Origin: Rhodobacterales bacterium
GTDB lineage: Bacteria; Pseudomonadota; Alphaproteobacteria; Rhodobacterales; Rhodobacteraceae
Length of the DNA stretch: 31,371 bases
Assembly: GCA_013298675.1 (NCBI GenBank)
Contig: JAAFIJ010000002.1
Coordinates: 1-31,371 of the forward strand
Reading direction: 5' to 3'
This document shows, piece after piece, positions 30,078-31,371 of the stretch. Each line of letters starts with the position of its first letter. Positions within the stretch are counted from its first letter, which is position 1. Under the pieces are notes generated by a model. That model searched no databases. It saw only the letters and a list, made by a program, of their open reading frames with translations, and had not been told where the DNA came from. A program made the position numbers and the translations under genes.

Positions 30078-31103
30078 TCAGGCTTGCCAAATCCAAGCCC
30101 CTCTGGCGTCTAAAGAACGCGAAACCTGACCCCGCTTCAAGAGAAAGTTCAGATGCGCCACTGTCTCGACCAATCCAAGGCCCAGGTCACTGCCCGTCAG
30201 TTCACGTTTGAACAGCGGCACAAAACATTCTAGCGCTTTGCGCGGTTGCTCAAGATGTTGGCGCAGACGTGCCAAGGCGCTATGGTGATTTTCTGCCATC
30301 TGGATCAGGCGGTGCGGCAATCCCTGAAACGGCAACTTATGGCCCGGCAAGACCAAGTGCTGGTCATTGGCGAGGGGTTGAAACCGTGCCGTGCTGTCCA
30401 GCCATTCGCCCAAAGGATCTGCGGCAGGTTCGGTCGGGTAAACCCCTATATTCGCAGAAATCCCCGGCAACAGCTGGTCGCCACCAATCACCAGATTGCA
30501 CGATTGGCTCCACAAAGTTGCATGATCTGGCGCGTGCCCCTGCCCCAATTCAACCCGCCAATCACGCCCCCCAAGCCGGATCGTGTCGCCTTGACACAGG
30601 TTGGTGAACCCCAAGGGCAAAGGCGCCACGCAGTCGGAAAAGTTAAACGGACGCTCTGCGGATTTTTGCGCGAGCATCTCGTCTGACGCCCCGGCACGGC
30701 GATAAAACTGCAGCGCCTCATGCGGCGGTAAGGCTTGTTCATCCAACGTCAGCATTCGCGCATAAAGCCACGCCGTGCGCGGAATGATCAATTCTACGCC
30801 CTTGGCCTGAAACCATCCCGCCAGACCCACATGATCAGGATGATGATGCGTGACAATCAACCGTCGCACCGGTTTGCCACGCAAGGGCCCTGCAATAAGG
30901 GCATCCCAAATCGCCATACTGCGGCGGCTTTTCATGCCGGTGTCGACAAGCGTCCAGCCATCGGCATCCGCTAGCGCATAACAATTCACATGATCGAGAG
31001 CCATGGGCAGTGGCAGGCGAAACCACAAGACACCTTCGGCAATCGCAATCGCTTCGCCCTCGGCCGGGGCCGCGTCAAAGGGGTGATGGATGGCGTTTGT
31101 CAT
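30078..31103 (-). CDS. MBL-fold metallo-hydrolase
   Basis: LDHVNCY, VDTG, THHHPDHVG, GHAPDH, GDQLLP.IS, LPGH. Confidence 0.92.
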   Translation of the reverse strand: MTNAIHHPFDAAPAEGEAIAIAEGVLWFRLPLPMALDHVNCYALADADGWTLVDTGMKSRRSMAIWDALIAGPLRGKPVRRLIVTHHHPDHVGLAGWFQAKGVELIIPRTAWLYARMLTLDEQALPPHEALQFYRRAGASDEMLAQKSAERPFNFSDCVAPLPLGFTNLCQGDTIRLGGRDWRVELGQGHAPDHATLWSQSCNLVIGGDQLLPGISANIGVYPTEPAADPLGEWLDSTARFQPLANDQHLVLPGHKLPFQGLPHRLIQMAENHHSALARLRQHLEQPRKALECFVPLFKRELTGSDLGLGLVETVAHLNFLLKRGQVSRSLDARGAWIWQA

Positions 31104-31119
31104 GCGAAAACAGGGGTGG

Positions 31120-31371
31120 TCATGAGGTCACAAATTCCGCGCGCAAGGCGTCCATGCCTTTGGCACCTTCGTTGACCTGGGCCAAAAGGCCAAGATGAGC
31201 GGGCAACAAGCGTCGGATCATGAATTGCGCCAAGGGCAAGCGCGCAGGGTCAACCACCGCGCTGCGCAGATGAAACTGCGCGCCCAAGACCAAGGCAAAA
31301 GCGCGCAAGTAGGGCACGGCCACGGCAAATCGGTCCGCGACTGGCGTGGCAACCAAATGCTCGGTCGCTTT
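31120..31371 (-). CDS. Acyl-CoA dehydrogenase, C-terminal part (starts beyond window end)
   Basis: KATEHLVATPVADRFAVAVPYLRAFALVLGAQFHL...AQFMIRRLLP resembles the Acyl-CoA_dh_C tail; the frame is open to the window end. Confidence 0.7.
   Translation of the reverse strand, partial: KATEHLVATPVADRFAVAVPYLRAFALVLGAQFHLRSAVVDPARLPLAQFMIRRLLPAHLGLLAQVNEGAKGMDALRAEFVTS

Overview
This 31.4 kb window looks like chromosomal DNA from an alphaproteobacterium, most likely Rhodobacteraceae. That call rests on the atpHAGDC-only F1 operon, clpA without adjacent clpS, an aa3 oxidase subunit IV, and a DUF6173/MBL/acyl-CoA dehydrogenase block. The left half (1-15.5 kb) is housekeeping: HAD hydrolase, ppaC, ycgN, threonine aldolase, alpha/beta hydrolase, HCCA isomerase, prs, H-type lectin, atpHAGDC, methyltransferase/gloB and clpA. 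The right end (25.6-31.4 kb) is also core-like: GNAT, DUF429-like, mobB, mobA, azlD, lipoprotein, cox IV, DUF6173, MBL hydrolase and acyl-CoA dehydrogenase. Between them (15.6-25.6 kb) is an accessory cyclitol-catabolism region: iolG, a sugar ABC transporter, an inosose-isomerase-like TIM barrel, a LacI regulator, and a divergent operon of a MocD-like di-iron oxygenase, a MocE Rieske ferredoxin and a strongly altered PanB-like protein, with no ferredoxin reductase. Directly after it are unannotated degenerate second copies of mocE and of the panB-like 3' end, flanking a Tat-signal esterase. The most interesting candidate is a methyl-cyclitol demethylation/C1-handling module (MocDE + PanB-like + IolG), with apparent dual LacI-type and IolR-type operators. 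I found no rRNA, tRNA, CRISPR array, transposase or integrase.
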